The notes beneath the pieces are model-generated. The model worked only from the letters and a program-made list of their open reading frames with translations, was not told the DNA's origin and did not search any database. From positions 4,878-68,877 of the forward strand of contig JBHEMG010000217.1 of assembly GCA_046262715.1 (NCBI GenBank): 64,000 nucleotides of DNA, read 5' to 3'. A program made the position numbers and the translations under genes. Positions 61,945 through 64,000 of the stretch are shown here, piece by piece (position 1 is the stretch's first letter; each line of letters starts with the position of its first letter). This stretch comes from Gemmatimonadales bacterium (GTDB lineage: Bacteria; Gemmatimonadota; Gemmatimonadetes; Gemmatimonadales; GWC2-71-9).

Positions 61945-62804
61945 CCGAGTCGCCCGTCGCGGCGCTGCGTCGTGAATACGAGGCGATCGCGCGCCAGCTC
62001 GACGGCGCGCCGTGGGGTGCGGAGCGTGAGGCCGCCAAGCGCGAGATCATCGCCTACTTCAAGAAGGTGGATGGCATGCTGGGCGAGATGACCCAGCTCA
62101 AGGACGACATCCGCCAACTCGTGGATCGCTACAAGCAGCTCGCGGCGGATACCAAGCAGGCGGCCGCTCCCGAATTCACGGGCCAACGGCCGGCGATGCA
62201 TGCCGATCACATCGGCGCGTCAACGTTCATCGAAAAAGGATGGAGCCTCATCTCGCTGGGCGATCACGCCGGCGCGATCCAGTCACTCACCAAGGCGCTG
62301 CAGCTCTCTCCCGGGGAGACCCAGGCCGAGTCACTGCTCGGCTGGGCGCAGATGCTGCACGAGGATTACGACGACGCGCTTGGCACATTCCAGAAGGTGT
62401 TGATGAAGGAGCCGGCGAATTCGCTCGCGCGCATCAACGTCGGCTACATCTGTCTCAAGAAGCGAATTTTCGGTGAGGCAATCGAGCATCTATCGAAGGC
62501 CATCCGGCTGGATAACGACAAGAAGGCGACGTTGTACGCGCACTTTTATCTCGGGCTCGTCTATCTGCAGCGTGAGATGTACGAAGACGCCGAGACATTC
62601 TTTCAGAAAACGTTGAAGCTCGGTCCCAATCTCATCGAGGCGTACTACGAGCTGGGACGCGCGCACTGGTTCGCCGGCGATCAGGCGAAGGCCAAGTCGA
62701 CGTGGGAAGACGGTTTCAAGGCGAACAAGTTCAATCCCTGGGGCAAGAAGTGTCAGGAGATGGTTGAGCTTGTCGCCAAGGGTGAGGAGCCGCCGCGAGA
62801 CTAG
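61941..62804 (+). CDS. Coiled-coil + TPR protein
   Basis: 287 aa with an ATGA overlap. The N-terminal ~70 aa are helical and charged, followed by TPRs (…GDHAGAIQSLTKALQLSP…, …YYELGRAHWFAGDQAKAKSTWEDGFKAN). Confidence 0.75.
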   Translation: MTESPVAALRREYEAIARQLDGAPWGAEREAAKREIIAYFKKVDGMLGEMTQLKDDIRQLVDRYKQLAADTKQAAAPEFTGQRPAMHADHIGASTFIEKGWSLISLGDHAGAIQSLTKALQLSPGETQAESLLGWAQMLHEDYDDALGTFQKVLMKEPANSLARINVGYICLKKRIFGEAIEHLSKAIRLDNDKKATLYAHFYLGLVYLQREMYEDAETFFQKTLKLGPNLIEAYYELGRAHWFAGDQAKAKSTWEDGFKANKFNPWGKKCQEMVELVAKGEEPPRD

Positions 62805-62827
62805 TTGCCGTACTCATCGCGCTGTGG

Positions 62828-63676
62828 GTGCAGGGTGCCGCGCCGACGGTGACGGACGTTGGCCGTGTGACCGTCATCGCGTGGCCCGGGCAGCAGCTGC
62901 TCGCGACCTGGGTCGCCGAGCAGGCGGACCATGCCGAGGGGTTCCCCGGGATCGGCGCGCTTCCGGACCGTCCCCTCCGCATCGTCCTGGCGCCGACACG
63001 CGCGCTGTATGATTCGCTCACGCGCGGCCGGTTGCCATTGTGGAGTGAAGGGGCCGCGTTTCCCGATGCCGGAACGGTCGTCATCCTCACCGACAAACCG
63101 GCGAACCGCCCGATCGCCGTCCTTCGTCACGAGCTCGCCCACCTCGCGCTGCGCTGGCACGTCGCGCGGCATATACCGCTCTGGTTCGAAGAGGGCTACG
63201 CCGCGGTCGCGGCGCAGGAATGGAACCGGCTCGACGCGCTCCGGCTCAACTGGCAGCTCGCGCGCGGCGCGCGGATGAATCTCGATGAAGTCGACCGCGC
63301 GCTGCGCGGGGCGCGCGGTGACGCGGAGACCGGCTACGCGCTCGCCGCGACCGCCGTGCTGATGCTGCAGCGCTGGGGCGGCGCCCGGGGACTCGCGCCG
63401 CTGTTGGAGGCGCTGCCGAAGGCGGAATCGTTCGATGCGGCGCTGCGCGCCACGTATCACGTCACCGAGGGCGACTTCGAGCTGCGGTGGCAGCGCGACG
63501 TTTCGTCGCGTTACGGCTGGCTGTCATGGCTCGCGGCGATGGGCTTCTTCTGGCTGGCGCTGGGCGCCATTCTGGTCGCGCTCGTCGGCTGGCGGCGCCG
63601 CCGCGACCAGGCCCGGCGCACGGCACTCGATGCCGAACCGAGCCAAGTGCTTGACGAGCTTGAAATTGACGAATAG
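62828..63676 (+). CDS. Peptidase-MA-like (gluzincin) protein with C-terminal TM anchor
   Basis: 282 aa from GTG 62828. RHELAHLALRWHVARHIPLWFEEGYAAV is an HExxH-(~17)-E pattern. The C-terminal TM helix is WLSWLAAMGFFWLALGAILVALVGW. The start is uncertain because the frame is open back to 62786 without a canonical start. Confidence 0.6.
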   Translation: MQGAAPTVTDVGRVTVIAWPGQQLLATWVAEQADHAEGFPGIGALPDRPLRIVLAPTRALYDSLTRGRLPLWSEGAAFPDAGTVVILTDKPANRPIAVLRHELAHLALRWHVARHIPLWFEEGYAAVAAQEWNRLDALRLNWQLARGARMNLDEVDRALRGARGDAETGYALAATAVLMLQRWGGARGLAPLLEALPKAESFDAALRATYHVTEGDFELRWQRDVSSRYGWLSWLAAMGFFWLALGAILVALVGWRRRRDQARRTALDAEPSQVLDELEIDE

Positions 63677-63688
63677 ACTCCCACCCCG

Positions 63689-63874
63689 ATGCCAGACCAA
63701 ATGGTGGCGCGCTCGCGGCTTCGCTTCGGACCCCGCAACTACATGATTCTCGGCGGGGCGCTCGTGTCGCTCGCTCTCGGGTACTGGTTGTTGTCGAAGG
63801 GATCCACTACGCTCGCGCCGGTGCTGCTCGTGCTGGGCTACTGCGTGTTGTTTCCAGCAGGCCTCGCGCTTTAG
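63689..63874 (+). CDS. Small two-helix membrane protein (hypothetical)
   Basis: 61-aa ORF with two hydrophobic helices (YMILGGALVSLALGYWLL; LAPVLLVLGYCVLFPAGLAL). It fits the intergenic slot before tRNA-Val. Confidence 0.45.
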   Translation: MPDQMVARSRLRFGPRNYMILGGALVSLALGYWLLSKGSTTLAPVLLVLGYCVLFPAGLAL

Positions 63875-63897
63875 CACCTCCACTCTCCCCATGGCAC

Positions 63898-63971
63898 GGG
63901 CGAATAGCTCAGCGGTTCAGAGCGCCTGCCTTACACGCAGGATGTCGGGGGTTCGAATCCCTCTTCGCCCA
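63898..63971 (+). tRNA. tRNA-Val (anticodon TAC)
   Basis: I folded the cloverleaf by hand. Acceptor: GGGCGAA/TTCGCCC. D-arm: GCTC-AGCGGTTCA-GAGC. Anticodon arm: CCTGC-CTTACAC-GCAGG. T-arm: GGGGG-TTCGAAT-CCCTC. Discriminator: A. CCA is not encoded. Confidence 0.9.
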
Positions 63972-64000
63972 TTGGTGTAGCAGCCTGTAACGGAGGAACG

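Overview
High-GC, very gene-dense bacterial chromosomal segment with about 64 protein-coding genes and 2 tRNAs. I recognised no rRNA, CRISPR array, transposase, integrase or phage gene. The lipoprotein-rich, TPR-rich content looks Gemmatimonadota-like, but that is only an impression. All calls come from reading motifs by eye; no search or computation was possible.

Most of the window is housekeeping, arranged in long co-directional + strand runs with 4-nt stop/start overlaps:
- hsp20-lon
- nnr, thiL, plsC, eno, ftsB
- a frameshifted multicopper oxidase
- tRNA-Met followed by a GT4 / deacetylase / flippase-like trio
- tilS-hpt-ftsH, then a MacAB-type efflux module wedged in front of folP-cdaA
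- yggS-divIVA-PNP-ileS-dksA-lspA-rluD

The stand-out region is 45.66-62.80 kb, one uninterrupted 18-gene array. A full chemosensory pathway (CheW, CheY, CheA, CheC ... CheR, CheD, CheB, 2x CheW, but no receptor gene) is split by an inserted block. That block encodes:
- an MglA-type Ras-like GTPase
- three Roadblock/LC7 (MglB-like) proteins
- two PATAN/DUF4388-TPR proteins carrying MshEN-like tandem motifs
- a 900-aa TPR protein
- a 648-aa protein built from two DnaA-domain-III (Hda-like) AAA+ modules with no DNA-binding domain

I regard this Che-MglA/B-PATAN-(DnaA-like)x2 array as the candidate undescribed system.

Smaller oddities:
- a 56-nt AT-rich tract of eight 7-nt repeats (TCATTGA) between the efflux adaptor and ATPase genes
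- a -1 frameshift at a C-run in the multicopper oxidase
- head-to-head genes whose start codons overlap
- a ~110-aa N-terminal extension on FolP
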